From assembly GCA_964599615.1 (NCBI GenBank), contig CAZRGF010000002.1, positions 15,696 to 79,695 on the forward strand: a stretch of 64,000 nucleotides of DNA. Reading direction: 5' to 3'. A program made the translations under genes and the position numbers. Origin of the DNA: Candidatus Woesearchaeota archaeon (GTDB taxonomy: Archaea > Nanobdellota > Nanobdellia > Pacearchaeales > UBA284). Shown here in pieces: positions 55,762-64,000 of this stretch (its first letter is position 1; each line of letters begins with the position of its first letter). Below the pieces are notes generated by a model that made no database searches, was not told the origin of the DNA, and saw nothing but the letters and a program-made list of their open reading frames with translations.

Positions 55762-56562
55762 TATAAAGAAAATTATCCTGAATTCGAACATAGTGAAGAT
55801 TTTATCTTAAACGAAATTGAAAAAGAAGAACTAAAATTCAGAGAAACTCTTGAAAAAGGAATCAAAGAGTTTGAAAAAATGTTTAGAGAGCATAAAGGAA
55901 AGGTTTTTTCAGGGGAATATGCTTTTTTATTATATCAAAGTTTTGGTTTTCCTGTTGAAATAACAAAAGACCTTTGCAAAGAGCATAACCTAGAAGTTGA
56001 TGAAAAAGAATTCAATTCTGAAATGGAGAAACATCAAGAACTATCAAGACAGTCTAATCAGGGAAAGTTCAAATCAGGTTTGCAAGACAACTCTGAACAG
56101 ACAACTAAACTGCATACTGCAACTCATTTGTTGAATCAGGCATTAAGAGAAGTTTTGAAACAAGATATCAGACAAAGGGGTTCAAATATCACTAGCGAAA
56201 GACTGAGATTTGATTTTAATTTTGACAGGAAATTGACTGAACAAGAGCTAAAAGAAGTCGAATATGTTGTCAACAAAAAAATCCAAGAAGGATTAAAAGT
56301 TGAAAGAAAAGAGATGGATGTTGATAAAGCAGTAAAATTAGGGGCTCAAGCTGTTTTCAAAGAAAGATATGGGGACAAAGTATCGGTATATGTAATTTGC
56401 TCAGAGAATAAAGACATAAAAACTAAGGGGGAAAAGCCTTTTTCTTGTGAAATATGCGCTGGCCCGCATGTTGAGAATATAAAATCTCTGGGATATTTTA
56501 AAATCATAAAAGAAGAAGCTGTTGCTGCTGGGGTCAGAAGAATTAAAGCGATACTTGAATAA
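55762..56562 (+). CDS. alaS: alanyl-tRNA synthetase, C-terminal segment (same frame, continues directly after the TAA)
   Basis: The frame stays open and AlaRS-like right after the stop (YKENYPEFEHSEDFILNEIEKEELKFRETLEKG). Editing-domain motifs HTATHLL and CAGPHV. No C-Ala/DHHA1 domain. The track only calls 55879-56562. Confidence 0.85.
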   Translation, partial: YKENYPEFEHSEDFILNEIEKEELKFRETLEKGIKEFEKMFREHKGKVFSGEYAFLLYQSFGFPVEITKDLCKEHNLEVDEKEFNSEMEKHQELSRQSNQGKFKSGLQDNSEQTTKLHTATHLLNQALREVLKQDIRQRGSNITSERLRFDFNFDRKLTEQELKEVEYVVNKKIQEGLKVERKEMDVDKAVKLGAQAVFKERYGDKVSVYVICSENKDIKTKGEKPFSCEICAGPHVENIKSLGYFKIIKEEAVAAGVRRIKAILE

Positions 56563-56617
56563 TGCTCCTCGGACTTTAGCCTGAGGTATCTGTAATATAA
56601 AAAACACGACAATGAAA

Positions 56618-56750
56618 ATTAACTTCGCCAATGCGAGTTAAGTTGCAATAGATTATACTTCCAAGCCCCCAAGCTTTTTCAAAACTCCTTCGAAAACAGA
56701 AATCAAAGATAAAATCTAAATAATTTACACTTATCTCTGGCGAAGTTAAT
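56618..56750 (+). mobile_element. MITE-like repeat, copy D
   Basis: ATTAACTTCGCCAATGCGAGTTAAGTTGCAAT ... AATAATTTACACTTATCTCTGGCGAAGTTAAT. Confidence 0.6.
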
Positions 56751-56862
56751 CCTTAAAGTTGGAGATGACAATTCCCCCATCGGCTTAAAAGCCAAGGTAT
56801 TCTTGCCATATATGCAATAAAAAGATATAAATGCTTTTAAATGAGCTTTTAATTAAATAAAC

Positions 56863-57345
56863 ATGTTGGGAGCTAATGGCAGTGTTTTGACTCGTGATGA
56901 ATGGCCTGACAGGTCAAGAAGACAGTCTAGAGTAAAAGTGGATATGGCTCCTGCCCGATATATTGACAGAAAAGTGAGGGAACAAACATGTCCTTCATTA
57001 GCGATGTTAATAGAAAATGAAAGAGTTAGGTTTGTGACTTATCATGGTGTTTCTCAAGACCCTGAAATTTCCAAACAATATTTATTGACTTATTTTGGAG
57101 AAATTGAAATTAAACTAAACTGTCTGTTAAATACTCAAGACCATAATTTGCTGTTCTATGAAAACGGACAGAGAATACTATCCCCTGAAAATTTTGGCTT
57201 GCAAATTGATTTTGATGATAGACAACTTAAAAAATTAGGCATAAAAAAAGTGTATGGCGTTGCGCAGGGCAATGCACATCTACTTTTAAGACACAAACTG
57301 AGTGGAGCATATCTCGGGATACGAGGCCAAAAAATAAAAGATTAA
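56863..57345 (+). CDS. hypothetical protein, tandem paralog family 3
   Basis: RVRFVTYHGVSQDPEISKQYLLTYFGEIEIKL parallels SVKFESLYSEKFQNPKLSREYLLTYFGDVVVEL in the next gene. Confidence 0.55.
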   Translation: MLGANGSVLTRDEWPDRSRRQSRVKVDMAPARYIDRKVREQTCPSLAMLIENERVRFVTYHGVSQDPEISKQYLLTYFGEIEIKLNCLLNTQDHNLLFYENGQRILSPENFGLQIDFDDRQLKKLGIKKVYGVAQGNAHLLLRHKLSGAYLGIRGQKIKD

Positions 57346-57346
57346 A

Positions 57347-57805
57347 ATGACAACAGGATATGAAAGAAGTACTGAACAAGGACGTTATCGAAGAGACGAA
57401 ACAGTTGAAGAAACTGTAACTCTAAGAAGAACATTAAAAGAATGGATTGAAAGAGATAGTGTCAAGTTTGAGTCTCTTTATTCTGAAAAATTTCAAAATC
57501 CTAAACTTTCTAGGGAATATCTTCTTACATATTTTGGAGATGTTGTTGTTGAGCTCTACAAAAGAACAGATGAAACAAGACCTGCAGAGTTGTCTTATGA
57601 CGGATATAACCACATACTTCAACCAACATTGCTTTGTACTGCAATATGGGCTAAGAAAGATGACTTGCTCCTAGGTTTTAATTATAATAATGTTAGTGGT
57701 ACTAATCGTGTATTTGAAGAAGGACTAGTCCACCTCATATTAAAAAAAGAAGATAAGGGCGCTATTTTAAAAATAAGGGCAAAACAAGTTCCACCTTGTG
57801 CTTGA
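57347..57805 (+). CDS. hypothetical protein, tandem paralog family 3
   Basis: Starts 1 nt after the previous stop. Paralog of 56863-57345. Confidence 0.55.
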   Translation: MTTGYERSTEQGRYRRDETVEETVTLRRTLKEWIERDSVKFESLYSEKFQNPKLSREYLLTYFGDVVVELYKRTDETRPAELSYDGYNHILQPTLLCTAIWAKKDDLLLGFNYNNVSGTNRVFEEGLVHLILKKEDKGAILKIRAKQVPPCA

Positions 57806-57822
57806 ATAGAAAAATTAAAGTG

Positions 57823-58398
57823 ATGCTTGAAAAAAAATACCTAAATGCTTTTAAATTCTGTTTTTTATGTTATTCTATGAAATCAATTTTTAATACTTTC
57901 CCAAATGGTTTAGGCCATGGTTTTATTTGTTATCTGGATAATGGCCTTGTCTTTGCTTATGCCCCTACTCTTAATAGAAACATGGTTGTCTTTAAAAGTG
58001 AGGAACCAGGTTCAATGATTCCAAGGGATGTCTATCAGAAGACCTTAGAACCAAAATTATGCCTTGATTTAAAATTTGATGAGGTCTTACATTTAAAGAA
58101 AGAAGGGGGAGCAAAGAAATGTCCTGACTCCTATTTTAGAAAAGATTGTCCTGAAAAACATGATGCTACTGAAGATGGTTGTCCTTGGTGTATTTATCAT
58201 GTCGCAAATACAGGAGATTTAACCAGATCGTGGTTAAAACTAACGCAATTAGCTAAAATGGATGTTCAAGAAACAAGAGAGTTGGGAAAAGGAGATGATG
58301 AATTAGTTATGGATATTTTTGCCCCATTCATAAAATCAAATCTTGTTAGCCCAGAATTTTTAAGACAAGGACTAGAAGACTCTGTTTCTAAGATATGA
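57823..58398 (+). CDS. hypothetical protein
   Basis: ORF with ATG at 57823 (the track uses an overlapping TTG at 57796). A CPWC pair. Confidence 0.45.
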   Translation: MLEKKYLNAFKFCFLCYSMKSIFNTFPNGLGHGFICYLDNGLVFAYAPTLNRNMVVFKSEEPGSMIPRDVYQKTLEPKLCLDLKFDEVLHLKKEGGAKKCPDSYFRKDCPEKHDATEDGCPWCIYHVANTGDLTRSWLKLTQLAKMDVQETRELGKGDDELVMDIFAPFIKSNLVSPEFLRQGLEDSVSKI

Positions 58399-58480
58399 AG
58401 AGTTTTTATGAAAATGTTACCTTGGGGATAATTGATTTTGTGAATACTTATATTTTGATTCTTGAATAAAAATATTAAGA

Positions 58481-58936
58481 TTAATTTTCAAGACCAAATT
58501 TCTTTATTAATTTATCTGCCATATACTCTATAGATGTGCCAATTTGGGTAAAAACTTCTCCAGGTTGGTATGGTGATAATTTTGCTAGAAGTGATTTATC
58601 TGCACTAGAACGAATTAAATAAGGCGTATTTGTTAGGCGACATTCTTTAGCAACTTGAAAACCCCCAGCACAATATCTTTCTTGTTCACTTAAAACTTTT
58701 AAAACTTCAGAATCAACTTCTCTAAACCCTACTTGCATAGTGCATAAGAATACACCCCTTGGATTTTTAGTTTTAATATAATGTCTAAACTGATCCAGAT
58801 TATTAAACTCAATTGACTCGAACCCCCGAAGAGTCTTGTAAATCATATGAGCAAGAATCTCTACATAAACTCCGCCACTATCAGGGCAGTATAAAACAAC
58901 TTTTTTCTCTGTATTTGGTGTTTTTATTTGTGTCAT
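58481..58936 (-). CDS. hypothetical protein
   Basis: 151-aa ORF, 2 nt downstream of 58939-59790. No motif. Confidence 0.5.
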   Translation of the reverse strand: MTQIKTPNTEKKVVLYCPDSGGVYVEILAHMIYKTLRGFESIEFNNLDQFRHYIKTKNPRGVFLCTMQVGFREVDSEVLKVLSEQERYCAGGFQVAKECRLTNTPYLIRSSADKSLLAKLSPYQPGEVFTQIGTSIEYMADKLIKKFGLEN

Positions 58937-58938
58937 TT

Positions 58939-59790
58939 TTAACCTTTAGCAAGACTAGCATTCATCTTTTCTCTTATTCCTGGAGAAATCTCCACATGAT
59001 AATGCTTGCTTATCTCATTTATAGTAATAATATTGGTAGTTCCACCCATTCTTGCTAACTCATCAAATGCTTTGAAGATTGTTGCTGGTTCAACATCAAA
59101 ATGGGTGATTGCTTTTATATCCACGTTTTTTATGTTTCTATTTGTGAATCTATATAAGTATCCTTTTTGAACTGATTCTGGTTGATAAACTGGTTCAACT
59201 TGTTTAATTACTCCTCTTTTTCCTAAACCTTCTAAGATGCTTGTTCGTCTATACTGACCATATGAAATCTCTTCATTAGCAAGTTCTTGAAGTGTTTCCT
59301 CTGAAATTTCGTGGCCTGTTGATTCTTTAACATCTTGGAAAAATTGTTCTGCTCTTTCATCTAAATGGCAGGAAACATCTCCATTTGTTAGTTTAGACTT
59401 ATAGTGTTGTTGAACAATCTCTGGAGGAAAAGTAAAATTGAATGATGCCCTTAATTTTTTTGATTTTCTGTAACCTTCACTATAGTACGCTTCTTCTAAT
59501 AGTCTTGAACTAGTATTTAATAGGATTTCTGGGGGAACTGGAACATGAGTAAATTCTGAGAGCTGTTGAATTTCTTTTATATAATTTCCTTCAGAATCTG
59601 GATTTGCCTTTGCATACCATCTTAAACTTTCTTCATATGCTCTTATTGTGCCTGCTTCAATATCTTCTCTAGATGCTGTTTTCTTTACTTCTTCTCTTCT
59701 GCCTTTTACTTCTTCTCTTTTACCTTTTAAGTGGCTTAAAAGTCTCTTTGCATCTTCTTCTTTAACTCCTACTAATCTTAAAAGGCTCAT
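58939..59790 (-). CDS. hypothetical protein
   Basis: 283-aa ORF. Short tandem KGKREEVKGRREEVKK repeat near the N-terminus. TTTATAAA 20 nt upstream. Confidence 0.5.
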   Translation of the reverse strand: MSLLRLVGVKEEDAKRLLSHLKGKREEVKGRREEVKKTASREDIEAGTIRAYEESLRWYAKANPDSEGNYIKEIQQLSEFTHVPVPPEILLNTSSRLLEEAYYSEGYRKSKKLRASFNFTFPPEIVQQHYKSKLTNGDVSCHLDERAEQFFQDVKESTGHEISEETLQELANEEISYGQYRRTSILEGLGKRGVIKQVEPVYQPESVQKGYLYRFTNRNIKNVDIKAITHFDVEPATIFKAFDELARMGGTTNIITINEISKHYHVEISPGIREKMNASLAKG

Positions 59791-59810
59791 GTAATTTTTA
59801 TTAAAAGAGA

Positions 59811-59818
59811 TTTATAAA
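59811..59818 (-). promoter_or_regulatory. TATA-box-like element TTTATAAA
   Basis: 20 nt upstream of the ATG at 59790. The divergent gene has TTTATAAG at 59863-59870, 20 nt before its ATG at 59891. Confidence 0.45.
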
Positions 59819-59890
59819 TATTATTATTCTATAGTGATACCTTAAAAAATACCCCACGTATGTTTATAAGCCCCGTTTTTTATAATTGCT

Positions 59891-60286
59891 ATGAAAATCG
59901 GTTTAGTTGGAAAATTTGATGATTGGCATGTAGGAGCTTTTTTTGGACAGCTTAAAGCAAGAATAGTCCATCACCCCAAATTCTCAGGAAGTGTAGATGA
60001 ATTGAATACTTGTCTATGCCATGAACTTGCCTTAGGGGGCTTTGATGTACTTGTCTCGCATTCTTGTAATAAATATTTTAGTGATGAAAAACCTGAAAGT
60101 TGTTGGACAGTTACTGGGCGTGTAGTTGAAAGCAATCCAAAAACCCAGTTTTATATATTTGCAATGAACAAACCTGCAAGAAAAGCTATTATTGGAGAAC
60201 ATAGTAATCTAATCTATGTAGATGAACAAAATAATGAAGCTTTTTTTAATAATCCTTTTGAATATATGCAAGAACATAAGATGTAA
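59891..60286 (+). CDS. hypothetical protein
   Basis: 131-aa ORF. TTTATAAG 20 nt upstream. Confidence 0.5.
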   Translation: MKIGLVGKFDDWHVGAFFGQLKARIVHHPKFSGSVDELNTCLCHELALGGFDVLVSHSCNKYFSDEKPESCWTVTGRVVESNPKTQFYIFAMNKPARKAIIGEHSNLIYVDEQNNEAFFNNPFEYMQEHKM

Positions 60287-60356
60287 AGACAGTATTGCGT
60301 TGCATCTATAATCTGCGATGTACCTTCTTCTTGACTTTATCAATTCTAATATTTTT

Positions 60357-60498
60357 AACTTAACTTCGCCAATGCGGGTTATGTTGTAATAGATTATGCC
60401 CCACTCTCTTAAACTTTTTTTAAGAATTCTTCGAAAACAAAAAGTAAGAACAAAATCAAAATATCTTATATTTACACCACAGATAGCGAAGTCAAGTT
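60357..60498 (+). mobile_element. MITE-like repeat, copy E
   Basis: AACTTAACTTCGCCAATGCGGGTTATGTTGTAAT ... AATTCTTCGAAAACA ... TAGCGAAGTCAAGTT. Confidence 0.6.
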
Positions 60499-60550
60499 TT
60501 TAAGAATCAGCTAATACAGACCTTGCATATGTGGAGAAATTTATGAACTA

Positions 60551-61144
60551 TCAGCAATTGTCGCAATTGACATAACACTCTTCTTCATGCATTCTATCAC
60601 ACTTATAATTGAGAAGAATCTGAAATGTCTTTGTTTCAAGAACATTGAGATATCCTAAGTCTTTTTCAACTGAAACTCCATCATCTGTCGAACAAATCAC
60701 AATAACATTAGCAGCTTGTGTAGTGCCTAAATTAGTTACTCCGCCATCTACTCTTCCAAAACATCCTTTTTCAAAACCTAACTGATTTACCATCTGATGA
60801 TATACTCTTAATCTTGGCTTTTCTGCTGATTTTACTAAATTTGTAGTGTCTGCCACAGCTGATTGTATTACATCCTGGTTTTTATTGCTTGATTGTTGCG
60901 CAGTATTAAAGAAAGTTGACCTTTGTTCTGGATTTGAGAACAAGAGATAACAGATTAAGACAATCAATGCTATAATCACTACCAAAATCAAGGTTTTGAG
61001 TGCACTTGGAACATTGTATCTGCTTTTTATGTTCCTCTTAATCTTGTGCTTCATATCCCTCATCTTGTCTGTGCTATAATCTGCTCCACAATGGGGGCAT
61101 TTCTCTTCCCTTAGCATGGTACCACACTTTCTGCAGTATGTCAT
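60551..61144 (-). CDS. zinc-ribbon membrane protein
   Basis: CRKC..CPHC at the N-terminus, one TM helix (LILVVIIALIVLICYLLF), Cys-containing C-terminal domain. Confidence 0.5.
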   Translation of the reverse strand: MTYCRKCGTMLREEKCPHCGADYSTDKMRDMKHKIKRNIKSRYNVPSALKTLILVVIIALIVLICYLLFSNPEQRSTFFNTAQQSSNKNQDVIQSAVADTTNLVKSAEKPRLRVYHQMVNQLGFEKGCFGRVDGGVTNLGTTQAANVIVICSTDDGVSVEKDLGYLNVLETKTFQILLNYKCDRMHEEECYVNCDNC

Positions 61145-61355
61145 GATTATAAAGTTAATATAAGCTTAAAAAATTAACTAAATGGCTTATAATGGATAGA
61201 TACGGGCTAATTAATAGTTATATAAACATTGATTGAATAATTTTTAAGTCTAATTCTCACTCAGTCTCTAAGTGTAAAAGTTATAACCTAAGCTCTAGGC
61301 ATTGTTTCTCTATCTATTGTCTTTCTAAGCTATAACTCGCAATAAACTACGGTAT

Positions 61356-61628
61356 TTAATCCAAGCTCATTGTCATCAAAATGTCTTCTGTCTCATTCAT
61401 GACTTCTTGCATAATCTGCTTGTCACTCATCTTAGCTTCTTCTTGATATTTTAATGCCTTGCTTGCAGCAGCCATTGCACCTATTTTTTCCTGACCTTTC
61501 ATCTTAAGGTCAGTCATAATAAATTGCATAATCTCTTCTGTGTCTGCTTTTGGATTAAGTTTTCTATAACTTAATGCTTTGGAAGCAGCGGTCATCATAG
61601 CTATCTTTATTTTTTCTTCACTACCCAT
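61356..61628 (-). CDS. hypothetical protein with internal duplication
   Basis: Two ~40-aa repeats (IAMMTAASKALSY..EEIMQFIM / IGAMAAASKALKY..KQIMQEVM). Confidence 0.5.
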   Translation of the reverse strand: MGSEEKIKIAMMTAASKALSYRKLNPKADTEEIMQFIMTDLKMKGQEKIGAMAAASKALKYQEEAKMSDKQIMQEVMNETEDILMTMSLD

Positions 61629-61695
61629 TTTTTGATTAAAAAAGATGTTGTTCTAGATTTAAAAAGATTATGGTGCACTAAAAGATAGATACTTT

Positions 61696-62751
61696 TTAGT
61701 ATTTTCTTATACCAAAGGAAGTATCTAAATATTTTGGTTTTCTTACTGGGACAAGATTTTTGTCATAGGGACCTGGTCCGATTGTCCATAGTACTGGTGT
61801 TTCAAAACTCCTGGTTATATTAAAAGCATTTGTTCTTCTTTTTGAGGCAATTGCTCTTCTAAAACCATTTCTTATATCATAATCTCCTTTTAAGAATTTA
61901 TAAAACATGGTAGCCACATCATTTCCAGCATCGCCGTTTTCTAGGTGGTGCATCATATGAGTTATATCCAAAGGGAAAAACTTTGCTCTTTTTGGAAAAT
62001 ATTTTGAAGCATAATCTAAAGGAAAAACATCATCTTTTGGGGAGTGCAAAATTGCTAGGGGCATTTTTTCTTTTGAAAGAACATTTTCTGGATTTGAGCT
62101 TTTGACTAAAAAATTTACCCAATCTTGAAAAATTTCATCTGGATTTCCAAGAACTGGAACTTTTCCCTTTGTGCAACAATCGTGAATATATTTTTCTAAA
62201 GCTTTAATGCCTTTTTCTCCCTTATACGGAAAAACTTCATGAAAAACTTCTTGTGAATGGAATGATCCGCCCATAATAAAAACTCTGTCAATTGAAGATG
62301 AAAATTTCTCAACAAGGTTTGAAGCTAGGATTGCTCCGACTGAATATCCTCCCACAATTATTCTTGAAAGTGAATTGTCTCTTAGTGCTTTGAAGAGAGT
62401 GTTCACTTGTTTTTGTGATTCTGTAAAAGAGAATTCTCCTTTTGGCTTAATATTCAATCCACTGTATGTCTGGCCGATTCCAGGATATATTGGTATGTAA
62501 ACTGAAAAACCATAATCCTGCAATGATTCTGCAAGAACTTGCATATTCTGCAATCCTGGAAAACCTGGAACAAGAAAAATATCACCAAGTGTTGTTGTTG
62601 GGTCTTCAAAATCATAAAAATTTGGATATCTAACTAGTCTTGATCCATTAATATTATGGAGCTCTGGACTTGGCCTTTGAAAATTTTTTCTTATTTCTGG
62701 CTTGTGTTTTATGCCATAAGAAATCTCTTTTTGAATAATAGAATCAAGCAT
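61696..62751 (-). CDS. alpha/beta hydrolase fold protein
   Basis: GGYSVGA nucleophile elbow (GxSxG), later HSPKDD and a His-rich ITHMMHH region. 351 aa. Confidence 0.6.
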   Translation of the reverse strand: MLDSIIQKEISYGIKHKPEIRKNFQRPSPELHNINGSRLVRYPNFYDFEDPTTTLGDIFLVPGFPGLQNMQVLAESLQDYGFSVYIPIYPGIGQTYSGLNIKPKGEFSFTESQKQVNTLFKALRDNSLSRIIVGGYSVGAILASNLVEKFSSSIDRVFIMGGSFHSQEVFHEVFPYKGEKGIKALEKYIHDCCTKGKVPVLGNPDEIFQDWVNFLVKSSNPENVLSKEKMPLAILHSPKDDVFPLDYASKYFPKRAKFFPLDITHMMHHLENGDAGNDVATMFYKFLKGDYDIRNGFRRAIASKRRTNAFNITRSFETPVLWTIGPGPYDKNLVPVRKPKYLDTSFGIRKY

Positions 62752-62760
62752 CTTTACCTC

Positions 62761-63099
62761 CTAGAATGGTGGAACAGGACGATACTCTTGCAATAAAGAA
62801 AGAACTTTTCTAGAATCTGCACTACCCTGTTGTATGTCACTTGGTCTTAGATTAAAGTCATTATAGCCCGGTTTTTGTTTTATTTCTGAAACAAAATCTT
62901 GAACAAATTTTCCTTCTTCTTCTGGTTCTATTTTTCCATTTCCACTTGTATCTGCATAAAAGGTCAGAGCTCGAGAATAATAGTTTTTTAATTTCCAATT
63001 GGGAATTGTTTCAACAATTCCAGTAATTGTAAAAAAAGCAACAGCACCACCAAGAACTACAATATTCCCAATACTCTGAAGATTAGATTTTGTTGTCAT
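62761..63099 (-). CDS. hypothetical membrane protein
   Basis: ATG at 63099 (GGTGATAAAATG; MTTKSNLQ) and one TM helix. The track start at 63153 overlaps the upstream gene. Confidence 0.5.
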   Translation of the reverse strand: MTTKSNLQSIGNIVVLGGAVAFFTITGIVETIPNWKLKNYYSRALTFYADTSGNGKIEPEEEGKFVQDFVSEIKQKPGYNDFNLRPSDIQQGSADSRKVLSLLQEYRPVPPF

Positions 63100-63103
63100 T
63101 TTA

Positions 63104-63502
63104 TCACCAATCCTCGGAGGTTGCTGTAGCATCAAGTAAAATGCCCCCGGCATATAATCTAACCTTATTTTCTGAATCTCTTATCTCATTTAATCTAGAT
63201 TCTAGATTCTCCCTTAATTTTTTTAATCCATATGACGATACGCGTTTGACATCTCTTATTGCTGACATTGTGGGGATATCCTTAACTTCCATTTTTCCGG
63301 TTTTTCCTTTAAGATACTCTTGAACCTCATAGTCTAATCTTTCAAAAGCTTTATCCGCATGAATACACAATACATGTTCGGGCATATTGTCCTGTCTTAA
63401 TGAAATAAAAATATCCCCTGGAATAAAGACCGCATTAAAATAATTTGGGTTTTCCCCATGGTACACTTTCAGTATATATGCTTGTTTAATTTTAGTTGTC
63501 AT
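63104..63502 (-). CDS. hypothetical protein
   Basis: ATG at 63502 preceded by AAGGAGATAAA. The track start at 63553 overlaps the upstream gene. Confidence 0.5.
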   Translation of the reverse strand: MTTKIKQAYILKVYHGENPNYFNAVFIPGDIFISLRQDNMPEHVLCIHADKAFERLDYEVQEYLKGKTGKMEVKDIPTMSAIRDVKRVSSYGLKKLRENLESRLNEIRDSENKVRLYAGGILLDATATSEDW

Positions 63503-63503
63503 T

Positions 63504-63890
63504 TTATCTCCTTGGATGCTCGACTTCATTGTTCCATGAAATTGTTCGAGCATCTACGCCTTTTGCATCTAAATCATGCGGGCATGGCCCGTGATTTTGA
63601 TAATATGATATGATGCGCTGTTCTCGAGCTTGCGCTGCTCTTACTGTTGGACCAATGATTAAAGTAGAATATAATATGGGAATAACAAAGGTTATAGCTG
63701 TTGACTGGATTATATGCACTATCAAAGATGTTCGGCGATTTGATTTTACTGTATTAGCATAACTTTTTCTATAAGTCTCACTTGCATCTGCAGGAATTGG
63801 CCTTCCACTACTTCCATCATCTGAACCTTTCGCATGATCTCGATATTCTGCTTGACTATGAGTTACATCCCAGAAGTTATCGCGTGTCAT
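63504..63890 (-). CDS. hypothetical membrane protein
   Basis: 128 aa with one central TM helix (AITFVIPILYSTLIIGP). Confidence 0.5.
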   Translation of the reverse strand: MTRDNFWDVTHSQAEYRDHAKGSDDGSSGRPIPADASETYRKSYANTVKSNRRTSLIVHIIQSTAITFVIPILYSTLIIGPTVRAAQAREQRIISYYQNHGPCPHDLDAKGVDARTISWNNEVEHPRR

Positions 63891-64000
63891 TTTTCACTCC
63901 CCTATATGGCTTTAATTCTTTTCCTACTTCCATTACTCTACCCCTTGCCATATATTCATTATTTGAAATAGGAAAATACTGAAACCCCATATGCATTAAT

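Noticed and set aside
63782-63982. Track ORF 63782-63982 (+) and short minus-strand frames at the extreme right end
   Set aside because: The plus ORF is antisense to 63504-63890. The remaining ~110 nt before the window end contain only a ~25-codon frame, so no feature can be supported.
1-64000. Genome-wide reassignment of TAA or TAG as a sense codon
   Set aside because: Family-typical protein lengths are obtained with standard stops for rfcS, rfcL, serS, rps6e, tkt, elp3 and others, several of which end in TAA. Only three isolated internal stops were seen.

Overview
This is a visibly AT-rich, densely coding archaeal window with roughly 85 protein genes, one tRNA and one SRP RNA. Archaeal identity rests on aIF2-gamma, ribosomal protein S6e, RFC large and small subunits, Elp3, an XPD/Rad3-like helicase, an intron-containing tRNA-Leu(UAA), a 7S/SRP RNA and five pilin-like genes with class III signal peptides. 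TTTATAAA-type TATA boxes lie about 20-28 nt upstream of many start codons. Short genes, patchy metabolism (transketolase, Rpe-like, SIS PGI/PMI-like, a lone TrpF-like gene) and about half the genes being orphans suggest a DPANN-like small-genome archaeon; that placement is inference only. No CRISPR array, rRNA or reverse transcriptase is visible. Main second-look items: (1) Seven copies of a ~135-bp MITE-like element with TIRs TTGACTTCGCCA/TGGCGAAGTCAA sit in intergenic DNA next to orphan and paralog gene islands. (2) Two tandem integrated segments lie downstream of tRNA-Leu. They are bounded by exact copies of the tRNA 3' end (CTGTCCCCCGCAT) inside a 74-bp repeat; the first carries a tyrosine recombinase, the second a Fic protein and a TrmB regulator but no integrase. 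(3) Three genes, including essential alaS, are interrupted by a single in-frame stop codon. (4) A minimal ATP-dependent DNA ligase homolog has Cys in place of the motif I catalytic Lys, with further motif degeneration. (5) A stand-alone homolog of the N-terminal domain of FlaI/PilB-type secretion ATPases lacks the ATPase domain. (6) Several tandem paralog families and orphan operons have unknown function. I could not identify a complete, recognisable novel multi-gene system with confidence. All functional calls come from motif recognition by eye, without database searches.
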